A DNA stretch of 52,659 nucleotides from an uncultured bacterium. GTDB taxonomy: Bacteria; Electryoneota; B3-LCP. Shown in pieces: positions 1 through 9,417 of this stretch. The notes beneath the pieces were generated by a model that saw only the letters and a program-made list of their open reading frames with translations, did not search any database and had not been told where the DNA came from. The stretch is taken from the NCBI GenBank assembly GCA_964623265.1, contig CAZUTK010000011.1, forward strand, positions 1 through 52,659. The letters are read 5' to 3'. Made by a program: the position numbers and the translations under genes. Each line of letters opens with the position of its first letter. Position 1 is the first letter of the stretch.

Positions 1-60
<60 letters not shown>

Positions 61-69
61 AGTAGAGAC

Positions 70-107
70 AAGGGCTCGGACGCAAATCCGAGCCCTTGTT
101 GTTTTGG
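70..107 (+). terminator. Rho-independent terminator after the tRNA.
   Basis: Stem aagggctcgga / tccgagccctt with loop cgcaaa, followed by gttgttttgg. Confidence 0.65.
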
Positions 108-265
108 TAATCTAGACCTTGTGCAGGATGCGGAGAATCTGATTGAAACTGTCATTTCAATTCAGGAAGAGTTTTCAAGCACTTAACATAAATCTAATTC
201 AACATTCATACGCCGCTAACATCCCGAAAGTAGTTTGTTTTGTCCATTCCGAAAGCAAACTCAAA

Positions 266-3046
266 ATGCGGCATTATTGCCATTATCTCATCACACTGCT
301 GTTGATGCTGCAAACCAACCTGCTCTCCGCGGGCATCATCAGCGGCTATATCAGAGATCGGGTCACGCGAGAACCGCTGATCTCAGCAAACGTGGTTATC
401 GTCGGCACACCTTATGGAGCGTGCACCGACCTGGATGGTTTTTACAGCATCAGCGGCATCGAACCCGACCGATACACTTTACGAGCCACCATGCTGGGTT
501 ATGAAGATCAAGTGATTTCCAATGTAGCGGTGCTGGAAGAAGGGATCACCCGCATGGATTTTTTTCTGCTGCCGACTGCTCTGCAAATGGAAGAAGTCCG
601 TGTGAGTGCAGGCTCTGAAAAGGGCAGTCAAAAGCGAGAACTGGAAGATCGCCTCTCTTCAACCGCCATCGTGGACGCCGTCTCCGCCGAAACGATGCGC
701 GGTTTGCCGGATCCGGACATCGCGCAGGTGGTGACTCGCACGACCGGTGTCTCTTCAACGGGAGGGGATCCCATCATCCGCGGAATGGGAGTCCGCTATT
801 CGAAAATCACATTGAACGGCTCGCAGCTTTCCGGCACGGAACCCAATCGCAGTGCGGTCTCCTTAGATCTGTTCCCGGCGGCTTTGATGCAGCAGGTCAC
901 CATCAATAAGTCGTATCTGCCGGATCAGTTCGGCGAATTCGGCGGCGGAATCATTAATATGAACACCTGGGAATACGCGGGCGATCCCGGACCGGTCAAA
1001 ATCACTTTTTCCGCCGGTGGTGGTTACCGTGCGGGAACGACGTTCGAGCAGAACCTGACCTATCCGGGAGGAAAGTGGGATTTCATTGGATTCGATGACG
1101 GCACGAGGGCATTACCCTGGGCAATCGCCCACGCCGGGACTCAGATTCGTGAAAACCTCCCCAGCCATGCTCTGGAATATTACAGCGAATCTTTCCCCAA
1201 CAATTGGGAGACTCAAACCAAGACTGCACAGCCCAATCAGAGCTATTCCTGCACGATCTCACAGGGGACAACTTTCTTGGGACGAGAGCTGGGTTACATC
1301 GCCTCCGGACTGTATCGCAATGGATCGGATTTGCGCACGTATCATCAAAACGCCTTTGCCCAGGGTCAAAGCCCGGACGCGCTCGTCCCGATTTATTCCT
1401 ATCAAGGAACGGATTACAATTATTCTACCACACTAGGGGGAATAGGTGCTCTGAAATGGCGTGTGTCGCCGCTGACCACGTTCAACGCCAACATTCTCTT
1501 TAACCGAGACGCGGAAGATCAGGTGCGCGTTTATCAAGGTCCGAAAAACGATCAAGGGGTGGACATCCGCGCCACACGATTTCGCTTCGTCGGCGAGAGC
1601 ATCTTCACCGCGCAAGTCCGCGGCGAACACACCTTCCCAAAATTTTTACAATCCAGTTTAATCTGGCGGATCACCGGTTCCCGAGGGGTGCGTTACGAAC
1701 CGGATACGCGCCAGATCAACTACCGCTGGGATGACATCAATGATCAATGGGGAATATCGCTGGGCGCGAATCCCGACAACAGCGGCACTCGCATTTTCAA
1801 CGATTTGTCGGACAACACCTGGACTGCTGGAATGGATATTCGACTGTATCCTCACCGAAATGTTCCGCAACTGAGCGTTAAGACAGGATTTGATTTCTTA
1901 CTTCGTCATCGGGAAGCAGAATCGAGGGTTTTCCGCTACGAACCGGTGGGCGGAGCCGTCCCGGAATCCCTGGTGACTATGAGTCCGGAACAACTCTTTA
2001 CGCCGGAATATTTGAATCCGAATTTCATCTCTATACTGGAACGCACTCAGACCACAGATGATTACACGGCAGATCAAGATTTAAAAGCGGCATATTTAAT
2101 GCTGGATCTGCCGTTCGCTGGGAGATGGCAGTTCATAGGCGGAGCCCGAGTTGAACAATCGTTGCAAAAAGTCACCTCCTTCGAGCGCTTTAATCCCACC
2201 AATGTGCCTGTAGAAGGAAGGATTTTTACCACGGACGCTCTTCCGGCGATGACTCTGATCTACGCCCTGCCGCCGGACTCCAAACTGCGCTTTGCCGCCA
2301 GTCAGACGGTGTCCCGCCCTGATTTTCGGGAGCTTTCTTTGTACCGCTATAGCGACTACGACGGCGGATACAGCGTGATCGGCAATCCCGATTTGGAACG
2401 CGCCTTGATCCGCAATTTTGATCTGCGCTACGAGAAAGTATGGGGAGGGACCAACCTGGTTTCCGTTGGTCTTTTTTACAAACAGTTCGATCATCCCATA
2501 GAAGTCGTGCGGGTGTCGGGATCTGCAAAAGACATCTCCTATTTCAATGCCCGCAGCGCATACAATTATGGAATAGAACTGGAGTGGCGTCTGGAACTAG
2601 GGTGGTTGGGGAAACCTCTAAAACCATTTTCCTTATCGTCGAACTTGACCCTTCTGAAATCTGAAGTTCAGATAGATCCGGACATTTCCGGCGTGACCAC
2701 ATCAGGAAACCGACCTCTGCAAGGGCAATCGCCGTACTTGTGGAATCTGGATGTAAAATACTTCAGCCATCGCTATGGCACTCAAGCAGATCTGCTCTTT
2801 CAAGTCTTCGGCAAACGCATCGCAGAAGTAGGCACCGACTATTTGCCGGACATCTATGAAATGCCGCACCCCGATTTCGACTTAACATTCCGTCAACCCA
2901 TAGGGAGTTCTTTCGCCATTCGAGGCTCAGCGGAAAACCTGCTGGATCCGGAAATTCGATTTCTGCATGGTGGATCCGGAGACTTTTACACGCAGACCTA
3001 CCGACAGGGCCGCGCTTACTCTCTGGGAATAACTTATACAAGATAA
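266..3046 (+). CDS. TonB-dependent outer-membrane receptor with an N-terminal CarboxypepD_reg-like domain and a plug domain. The ORF opens at 143, but the signal-peptide Met at 266 (MRHYCHYLITLLLMLQTNLLSAG) is the likelier start.
   Basis: Carboxypeptidase-regulatory-like motif GYIRDR..PL..ANV.I.GT..G..TD.DG.Y; plug motif IRGMGVRYSKITLNGSQL; long beta-barrel-type C-terminal region. Confidence 0.8.
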   Translation: MRHYCHYLITLLLMLQTNLLSAGIISGYIRDRVTREPLISANVVIVGTPYGACTDLDGFYSISGIEPDRYTLRATMLGYEDQVISNVAVLEEGITRMDFFLLPTALQMEEVRVSAGSEKGSQKRELEDRLSSTAIVDAVSAETMRGLPDPDIAQVVTRTTGVSSTGGDPIIRGMGVRYSKITLNGSQLSGTEPNRSAVSLDLFPAALMQQVTINKSYLPDQFGEFGGGIINMNTWEYAGDPGPVKITFSAGGGYRAGTTFEQNLTYPGGKWDFIGFDDGTRALPWAIAHAGTQIRENLPSHALEYYSESFPNNWETQTKTAQPNQSYSCTISQGTTFLGRELGYIASGLYRNGSDLRTYHQNAFAQGQSPDALVPIYSYQGTDYNYSTTLGGIGALKWRVSPLTTFNANILFNRDAEDQVRVYQGPKNDQGVDIRATRFRFVGESIFTAQVRGEHTFPKFLQSSLIWRITGSRGVRYEPDTRQINYRWDDINDQWGISLGANPDNSGTRIFNDLSDNTWTAGMDIRLYPHRNVPQLSVKTGFDFLLRHREAESRVFRYEPVGGAVPESLVTMSPEQLFTPEYLNPNFISILERTQTTDDYTADQDLKAAYLMLDLPFAGRWQFIGGARVEQSLQKVTSFERFNPTNVPVEGRIFTTDALPAMTLIYALPPDSKLRFAASQTVSRPDFRELSLYRYSDYDGGYSVIGNPDLERALIRNFDLRYEKVWGGTNLVSVGLFYKQFDHPIEVVRVSGSAKDISYFNARSAYNYGIELEWRLELGWLGKPLKPFSLSSNLTLLKSEVQIDPDISGVTTSGNRPLQGQSPYLWNLDVKYFSHRYGTQADLLFQVFGKRIAEVGTDYLPDIYEMPHPDFDLTFRQPIGSSFAIRGSAENLLDPEIRFLHGGSGDFYTQTYRQGRAYSLGITYTR

Positions 3047-3047
3047 G

Positions 3048-4334
3048 ATGAAGAAACTCAATCTATTATTTCTGCTGTTCGCGATCATCGCGATCACTTC
3101 CTGTGACCGAAAAGCTACCGAGCCGGAATTGCAGTTGACGAATGCGCCGCCGCAGATCACTCAGTTCACAGCGGAAACCACATTTGTGGATCCCGGCCTG
3201 GGCGTAATACTGACCTGCCGAGCGGAAGACCCGGATGGGGACAAACTGGAATACTTCTGGTCTTGTACGAACGGAACCGGGGATATCCTTAATGAAAGCA
3301 TCAACGACAGCACAACTCAGGCAACCGCACTGTTCAAAGCCGGACTTCTGTCGGGACTCAGCATCATAACCATAAAGGTTTCTGATTGTGCTCTGGCTTC
3401 TTATGACAGTCTGACGCTCGTCATCAAACTACCTCCGCCGCAGGAATTGACAGCTGAAGTCGTATCGAATTCGCAGGTTCGCCTCTGGTGGAACTACGCT
3501 TCCGGAGCAGCAGATGGATTTATTGTAGAGAGAAGCTCCGGTCCCGAGGAACCATTCACTGTCATACACGATATCCCCGGCGATTCCATGGAATGTCTCG
3601 ACGATAACTTGACCAGTTTCCAAACTTATTATTATCGCGTTGCCGCGTACAATGAGAACGGCTCCTCTGAATATTCAACTGTGGTATCAGTTTATCTCGC
3701 ATTGATGCCCACCTCCGGATTGGTTGCCTGGTATAAGCTGAATGGAGATGCTTTCGACGGCAGCGGTCAAGGGCGCAATGGGCAAGTGCTGGGCGCCACG
3801 CCAATCGCCGACCGCTTCGGCCGCAGCGGACAGGCCTTGTTTTTCAACGGAGTCGGCGCCTATGTGGACCTGCCAAGCGATTTGCTGCAATCATCCGAAA
3901 TCACCGTAGCAGTATGGATCAATTGGATTGACAACACGCTTGCGAATCAACCGATTCTGCACGCTGTTGGTTCGGATGGGGCTTATCTGTCGCTGACACC
4001 CAAGGCATCGCCGCATTTCCAGATCACCTTAAGCGACGGCACTTATGCCGAATCTGTGAAGGCGCTGCCGCCGCTCAGCACGAACCAATGGACGTTCATT
4101 GCCTTCACGCAGCAAAACGGTTCTTTGACCCTTTATAAAAACGGTGCACCGATAAAAACTGATCCCATCACATTAACTCCGAACCAGGTGACTGGTCAAA
4201 ACACCTATCTGGGCGGATCCCCCGCATCGGCGATTTATCTGACCGGTGCTCTGGATGATGTGAGGATCTATAGTCGCTCTTTAGATGCGGAGGAGATCAC
4301 ACAGCTTTATCGGGAGGGGGGATGGGGATATTAA
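3048..4334 (+). CDS. Surface lipoprotein with a PKD/FN3-like domain and a C-terminal LamG/concanavalin-A-like lectin domain. It follows the receptor with a 1-nt gap.
   Basis: Lipobox LFAIIAITSC; FN3-like segment with WNYASGAADGFIVERSSG..YYYRVAAYNENGSS; LamG-like YLGGSP..LTGALDDVRIYSRSL. Confidence 0.7.
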   Translation: MKKLNLLFLLFAIIAITSCDRKATEPELQLTNAPPQITQFTAETTFVDPGLGVILTCRAEDPDGDKLEYFWSCTNGTGDILNESINDSTTQATALFKAGLLSGLSIITIKVSDCALASYDSLTLVIKLPPPQELTAEVVSNSQVRLWWNYASGAADGFIVERSSGPEEPFTVIHDIPGDSMECLDDNLTSFQTYYYRVAAYNENGSSEYSTVVSVYLALMPTSGLVAWYKLNGDAFDGSGQGRNGQVLGATPIADRFGRSGQALFFNGVGAYVDLPSDLLQSSEITVAVWINWIDNTLANQPILHAVGSDGAYLSLTPKASPHFQITLSDGTYAESVKALPPLSTNQWTFIAFTQQNGSLTLYKNGAPIKTDPITLTPNQVTGQNTYLGGSPASAIYLTGALDDVRIYSRSLDAEEITQLYREGGWGY

Positions 4335-4356
4335 AGCCGTTTACTCACAGCACAAC

Positions 4357-4391
4357 AGCCGGTCTCAACATTCGAGAACCGGCTTTTTTTA
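4357..4391 (+). terminator. Rho-independent terminator after the lipoprotein gene.
   Basis: agccggtctc..gagaaccggc hairpin followed by ttttttt. Confidence 0.65.
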
Positions 4392-4766
4392 TTAACGGAA
4401 AACTCACCGAAGGCTCAATGAATATTAATTCACCACAAGTATTTTATACACGATAATAAAATCTGCCGGCGAAACGGATCGAGCATTCATTCTTTTCGCT
4501 AGATAAACCAAACGAACAATAAATCTTCGGGAGAAAAAAATGATAAAGACCATGCGCATTTACTGGTATTTATGCCTGGCGCTTTCCATTTACTATCAAA
4601 CTCGTGCAGGATTGTGGCTCAGGCAATTGCTTCACCGCGACAAGTCCCTTCGCTCATTGTTGACTTAAGGGATCATCGAGGTGAAATCATCATCACCAAT
4701 TAAAATGTTTCGGTTCTACAAAATCAACAAAAGTCAGAAGAATCAGAAGAAGAGGAGAAGAAGCGT

Positions 4767-7682
4767 ATGCGACGCACATCAGCATGGATGTTATCAGTTC
4801 TGTTCGCCTTGATGCTGGCACAGCCGGTTCTGGCGGATACAATCATCGTCCAGGGCACGATTTTGCAAAATACCACCTGGACATCCAACAATGTGTATTT
4901 GTTGCGCGGCGGTGTTTTCGTCGGCAATGATCAGACTCAGACCATTCTAACAATTCAACCGGGCACTGTAATTAAAGGCGAATCCGCCAGCGGAGGATTT
5001 CTCTGCATCCGTCGTCATTCCAAGATCATCGCCGATGGGACGGCTTCCCAGCCTATCACTTTCACCAGCGATCGCCCGGTGGGCCAACAAGCCCGCGGTG
5101 ACTGGGGCGGCATCATCATCAACGGCTTGGCGCATGTCAATCTGACCGGCGGAGTAGGTCAGGGTGAAGGCGGCACCGGCTTTTATGGGGGCGGTCTGAC
5201 TCCCAACGACAATGATGACAGCGGAATTCTGCGTTATGTCCGCGTTGCTTACGCAGGATATCCCATCACCCCGGAAGATGAGTTGAACGGCATCGCTTTC
5301 CAGGGTGTCGGCGCCGGCACCATCGTGGATTACGTGCATGTGCATATGGGTGGGGATGACGGGATAGAGATGTTCGGCGGAAGCGTAAATTTGAAACATT
5401 GCCTGAGCACGGGCAATTTGGATGACCAGTTTGACTGGACCTTTGGCTGGAACGGCAAAGCGCAATTTCTGATTTGTCAGGAATACGGCGATGTCGGCGA
5501 TCACGGCTTCGAATGCGACAACAACGAATTCAACTATTCCGCTACGCCGCGCTCGAACCCCACGATCTACAACGTCACCGCAATTGGGGCGACCAATCCG
5601 GTGAGCAATCCCATCGGATTGCTTTTACGCCGAGGTACCGGCGCCACCATCAAGAACTCCATCGTGATGAACTTCGAAGATTGCGGAATTGACATCGACG
5701 ACGCAGCCACCTTCGCCAACGCCTGGGATTCGACTACCCAATCGTTGAACGGCAATCTCATCGTGGACAACAGCATTTTCTACGGCAACGGCGAGATCGC
5801 ACAAACCGGCGAGACCGGCAGTCAGAATGAAGCAAATTTCCCATTCACTAGTCCGCAGTTCATACAGGTCCTGAATCCCAACAACCGCTTCACAAACCCG
5901 AATCTGATTGCGCCGACCGACACCTTGAATCCGGATTTCCGTCCGGCGGCTGGTTCCATCGCTTTCACCGGTTACGCGCAGCCTCCCGCGGATCCTTTCT
6001 TCAGTGCCGCAGCATTCGTTGGGGCCGTTGGCGACGAAGACTGGACGTCAGGCTGGCGTCTGGCACCCACCCCGGGCATTGTGGTGCAGCCCATCGCCAT
6101 GGCAGCGGGTTGGAATCTGGTATCCCTTTCTGTAGTTCCCGTCAACAACACCTTATCAGCGCTCTTCCCAGCCGCAATCGTTGCTTACAAGTATGTACCC
6201 GGCACCGGTTACGTGAACTCCACAACCATCGAAAATGGCAAAGGGTACTGGATTAATATGCCATCCGCCACGACGGTGAACATCTCCGGCACCGCCTTCG
6301 CCTCTTACACCACACCGGTCACTCCTCCCTGGGAACTACTGGGCAGCGTGATCAATCCGGATCAAGTTCCGGTGGCTGTGGGCGGCAGCATCAACGTCGT
6401 GTATTCCTATAATCCCGGCACCGGCTATGTCGCTTCACCTGAAAATATGATGCAACCGGGTAAAGGATACTGGGTGAATATGACATCCGGCACGACGGCG
6501 ATCTCGTTGGGCGGATCCAATGGTTCGCTCACAGCGAAATCCAACGAAGGGCTTTGGTTAGATGAGACGGATGAATTGTGGAATCTGACTCTTACCGCCA
6601 CCGGGGAAACCGGATCAGCACCGAACGTATTCACCGTAACCATCGGTGGTGGCAATAGTCAATCCTTCATCCCGGCTCCGCCTCCTCCACCCAGTTACCT
6701 GACCTACGCTCAACTCTACACGGAAACCTGGCAAGGTCCTTACAGCGAAATGATCTATCCCTGGAACTCGCCGGTTGATGTATTGTGGAAACTGGAAGTG
6801 GACCCCAATGGTAATGTCGTGCCGCCGATCTACCGTACGACGATCATCTCATGGAATTCCGCTTCCTTGCCGAGTGCGGGCGATTTCCGCATCGTTGACG
6901 CCGTCTATGGCGACACGGTCGTGGCGAATATGCGGACTCAGTCCTCTTTCCAGGTCAGCGGCACTCAGTTGAAGTACTACAACATCATCTTCGATGCCCC
7001 TCTGCCTCCCGCGGTGGACATCTCGTTGTCTCCCATAGGTTCCACAACAATCCCCGCCAGTGGTGGTATGCTGACTTTCGACGCGACTCTGCAGAACACC
7101 AATCCCTCGGCGCCTGTTACTTTCCAAGTGTGGATGATGGTGCGGCTGCCGAATCAATCCTGGTGGGGACCTGCTTTAGGACCGATTAGTTTGACTTTGC
7201 CGCCCGGCGCCAGCATCACGCGTGAACGCAACCAAACCGTGCCGGCGAATGCTCCGGCAGGCGATTACTTCTACTGCGGATATGTGGGAACCTATCCGAA
7301 TGCGGTCTTTGACAGTTCGGGATTTGCGTTCACCAAATCCCCAGTCGGAGATGGGTTCTTCGTGAACGATTGGTCTAATTCCGGTGAGCTGTTTGAAGCC
7401 GAATCGGAAGCCGTACCAACGGAATTCGCAGTGGTCAATGCCTATCCCAACCCGTTTAATCCGAATACCACTGTTCAATTCAGTCTGTCGCAAACGGACT
7501 GGGTGAGTCTGCGGGTATATGACTTATCCGGACGGGAAGTAGCTTCGTTGGTGGATGGTCAGCATACGGCAGGCGTGCATCAGGTATCCTTCAATGCCGA
7601 AGATCTGGCATCCGGAATCTATCTCGTTACACTGCGCGCAGGCGCATTCAGCGCAACTTCAAAGCTGGTCTTATTGAAGTAA
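4767..7682 (+). CDS. Large secreted T9SS cargo protein (971 aa) with a signal peptide, internal tandem about 70-aa repeats and a type IX secretion C-terminal sorting domain.
   Basis: Signal peptide MRRTSAWMLSVLFALMLAQPVLA. C-terminal PNPFNPNTTVQFSL..LRVYDLSGREVASL..GIYLVTLRAG..KLVLLK matches the Por/T9SS CTD consensus. Purine-rich RBS upstream. Confidence 0.8.
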   Translation: MRRTSAWMLSVLFALMLAQPVLADTIIVQGTILQNTTWTSNNVYLLRGGVFVGNDQTQTILTIQPGTVIKGESASGGFLCIRRHSKIIADGTASQPITFTSDRPVGQQARGDWGGIIINGLAHVNLTGGVGQGEGGTGFYGGGLTPNDNDDSGILRYVRVAYAGYPITPEDELNGIAFQGVGAGTIVDYVHVHMGGDDGIEMFGGSVNLKHCLSTGNLDDQFDWTFGWNGKAQFLICQEYGDVGDHGFECDNNEFNYSATPRSNPTIYNVTAIGATNPVSNPIGLLLRRGTGATIKNSIVMNFEDCGIDIDDAATFANAWDSTTQSLNGNLIVDNSIFYGNGEIAQTGETGSQNEANFPFTSPQFIQVLNPNNRFTNPNLIAPTDTLNPDFRPAAGSIAFTGYAQPPADPFFSAAAFVGAVGDEDWTSGWRLAPTPGIVVQPIAMAAGWNLVSLSVVPVNNTLSALFPAAIVAYKYVPGTGYVNSTTIENGKGYWINMPSATTVNISGTAFASYTTPVTPPWELLGSVINPDQVPVAVGGSINVVYSYNPGTGYVASPENMMQPGKGYWVNMTSGTTAISLGGSNGSLTAKSNEGLWLDETDELWNLTLTATGETGSAPNVFTVTIGGGNSQSFIPAPPPPPSYLTYAQLYTETWQGPYSEMIYPWNSPVDVLWKLEVDPNGNVVPPIYRTTIISWNSASLPSAGDFRIVDAVYGDTVVANMRTQSSFQVSGTQLKYYNIIFDAPLPPAVDISLSPIGSTTIPASGGMLTFDATLQNTNPSAPVTFQVWMMVRLPNQSWWGPALGPISLTLPPGASITRERNQTVPANAPAGDYFYCGYVGTYPNAVFDSSGFAFTKSPVGDGFFVNDWSNSGELFEAESEAVPTEFAVVNAYPNPFNPNTTVQFSLSQTDWVSLRVYDLSGREVASLVDGQHTAGVHQVSFNAEDLASGIYLVTLRAGAFSATSKLVLLK

Positions 7683-7702
7683 CCCGAGATGGATAGCAAG
7701 GA

Positions 7703-7746
7703 GGGGATGCTCCGCTCTTCAAAAAGCGGGGCATCCCGTTGGTTTT
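7703..7746 (+). terminator. Hairpin terminator between the two T9SS cargo genes.
   Basis: gggatgctccgc..gcggggcatccc stem followed by gttggtttt. Confidence 0.55.
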
Positions 7747-7774
7747 CATCCAGCATACAAGAAGAGGAAACACC

Positions 7775-8575
7775 ATGAAATCATCCCTCATCATCGCGTT
7801 GTTGTTGACTACGACGTTATCAGCGGGTGCCTGGCACCTCACGTTGACTGCAACCGGCGAAGTGAATCCTGCGCCCTATACTTTCTCCGTGTCGCTGGGC
7901 GACAGTTCCGTTCTTACGTTTCTGCCGGCGCCGCCGCGTCCACCGCAATACGCCACCTATATCGAATTGTACGAGCCGGAATGGGTATCCGGACCCTATC
8001 TCTCGATGTTCTATCCGGATACCGGTGCCGATACGTTGATCTGGCTGGTGAACGTGGATCCCAACGGCAATGTAATGCCTCCCGTGGCGCGGACCACCAC
8101 CATTCAATGGAACTCTGCTGATGTGCCATCTGGAGGTCTACTGTATCTTGTGGATTATCAGACCGGAGAAACCATTGTTCCGGATCTGCGCTCCGCGACA
8201 TCTTTTTCAATCACCGGAACCGACGAGCTTTACTACAATTTGTACTGGGTAAATGCCACCTCAGTGCAGGATACTGAGGTCAAACCTCCGGCTGACTACA
8301 ATCTTATGCAGGTTTTTCCCAATCCCTTCAATCCCGCAGCGAGGATTCAATTCACTCTGCATGAAGCTTCCAGCATCAATCTTCAGATCTACAATCTTGA
8401 GGGACGGCAGGTCGTCACGCTGGCCGAAGGCGAATGGGCGGCTGGAGAGCATGTCATCAGCTTCGATGCCACAAGGTTGTCTGCGGGGATTTACTGGGCG
8501 CGGCTTTTGCTGATAGATCGTGGAACGGACGAACGACGCATCGGCGCAATCCAGAAAATGGCGCTGGTCAAGTGA
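7775..8575 (+). CDS. Small T9SS cargo protein (about 266 aa) made of one copy of a domain paralogous to the middle of the 971-aa protein plus a T9SS C-terminal domain. The ORF opens at 7739, but MKSSLIIALLL at 7775 has a good RBS.
   Basis: W(H/N)LTLTATGE..P..F(S/T)V..G..S..F(L/I)PAPP.PP.Y.TY..LY...W.GPYS.M.YP...D.L..V.VDPNGNV.PP..RTT.I.WNSA..PS.G is shared with residues about 590-700 of the preceding protein. C-terminal FPNPFNP..IQFTL..INLQIYNLEGRQV..L..GIYWARLL..KMALVK. Confidence 0.75.
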   Translation: MKSSLIIALLLTTTLSAGAWHLTLTATGEVNPAPYTFSVSLGDSSVLTFLPAPPRPPQYATYIELYEPEWVSGPYLSMFYPDTGADTLIWLVNVDPNGNVMPPVARTTTIQWNSADVPSGGLLYLVDYQTGETIVPDLRSATSFSITGTDELYYNLYWVNATSVQDTEVKPPADYNLMQVFPNPFNPAARIQFTLHEASSINLQIYNLEGRQVVTLAEGEWAAGEHVISFDATRLSAGIYWARLLLIDRGTDERRIGAIQKMALVK

Positions 8576-8929
8576 CGGACCGGCACACTGAAATCGAAAG
8601 GCTGTCTCGCGGGTCGCAAGACAGCCTTTTGCATGCGTCGCGAATCCGGAATCAGCGCTTTTTCCAAGGTTGTAGGCGAAATCCCAGGCGGTCATACTGG
8701 GCGGAACGGGATACACACCCGCGCCGGAACAGAGCGGACACGGACTGCGGTCGTCTCGGCGCACTTCGATCAAACCGGTGCCGTGGCACGCGTAACACTC
8801 CTTGCCGCCCGCATCAAACCCGCGGCCGTCACAGTACATACAGCGATACGCGTGATCTACGGTAATGCACCGCTTATTCACCCATCCCCGACCCTGACAT
8901 CCCGGACAGACTTTCGGCTTCTGGACCAC
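8261..8929 (-). CDS. DnaJ-type zinc-ribbon protein with four CxxCxGxG motifs in its first 75 aa. The ORF has no stop until 8261, so its 3' 315 nt run antisense through the 3' end of the 7775..8575 gene.
   Basis: CPGCQGRG, CMYCDGRG, CYACHGTG, CPLCSGAG at near-regular spacing. No alternative coding frame on the + strand between 8576 and 9417. Confidence 0.45.
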   Translation of the reverse strand: MVQKPKVCPGCQGRGWVNKRCITVDHAYRCMYCDGRGFDAGGKECYACHGTGLIEVRRDDRSPCPLCSGAGVYPVPPSMTAWDFAYNLGKSADSGFATHAKGCLATRETAFRFQCAGPSLDQRHFLDCADASFVRSTIYQQKPRPVNPRRQPCGIEADDMLSSRPFAFGQRDDLPSLKIVDLKIDAGSFMQSELNPRCGIEGIGKNLHKIVVSRRFDLSILH

Positions 8930-9417
8930 CGACTGGGGCTGCTTCTTATCCTCCTTATCTGCTCCCAGAAGGCGGCGCGCAATTCATCTTCGCGTTTGAT
9001 TTGCGGGGCGTTCAGGAAAGGAATCTTCAAGGAAGCCTTCTGCGCTCTAACATGAAAGAATGTAACAAGTTAAGTGAATAAAATCACATATCTTCCAACA
9101 ATTTAGAGCGACGCTCAGCGCTGTCTTACTTAAAAGAAACGGTTTACCTCTGTTTCAGATTGTCATAACAAGAGCTTTTCTGCAGGCAATAAACTCATGG
9201 AGCGTTGAAAATTAAGCAGACATTACAATAATTTCACATAATTTCCTGCTGTCTATTCTGCATCCGTCCGATTTGAATCGAAATCGAAAACGACCTCACA
9301 ATCCCTTGCCTTATAAAGGTTTTGAGGATATATTTGCAATGAGACTTGCGCACAAGATCAAAGATCTTGAAGATTCGGTTCATTGCGAACAAACAGTTAC
9401 CTTAACAGGAGTTCATC

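Noticed and set aside
143-265. Upstream extension of the TonB-dependent receptor ORF to 143 (MKLSFQFRKSF..).
   Set aside because: The extension is AT-rich and not signal-peptide-like. The Met at 266 begins a proper signal sequence.
8633-9055. Plus-strand ORFs 8633..9055 and 8434..8865 in the gap after the small T9SS gene.
   Set aside because: Their translations are Arg-rich and low-complexity. The minus-strand zinc-ribbon frame is the only one with protein-like features.
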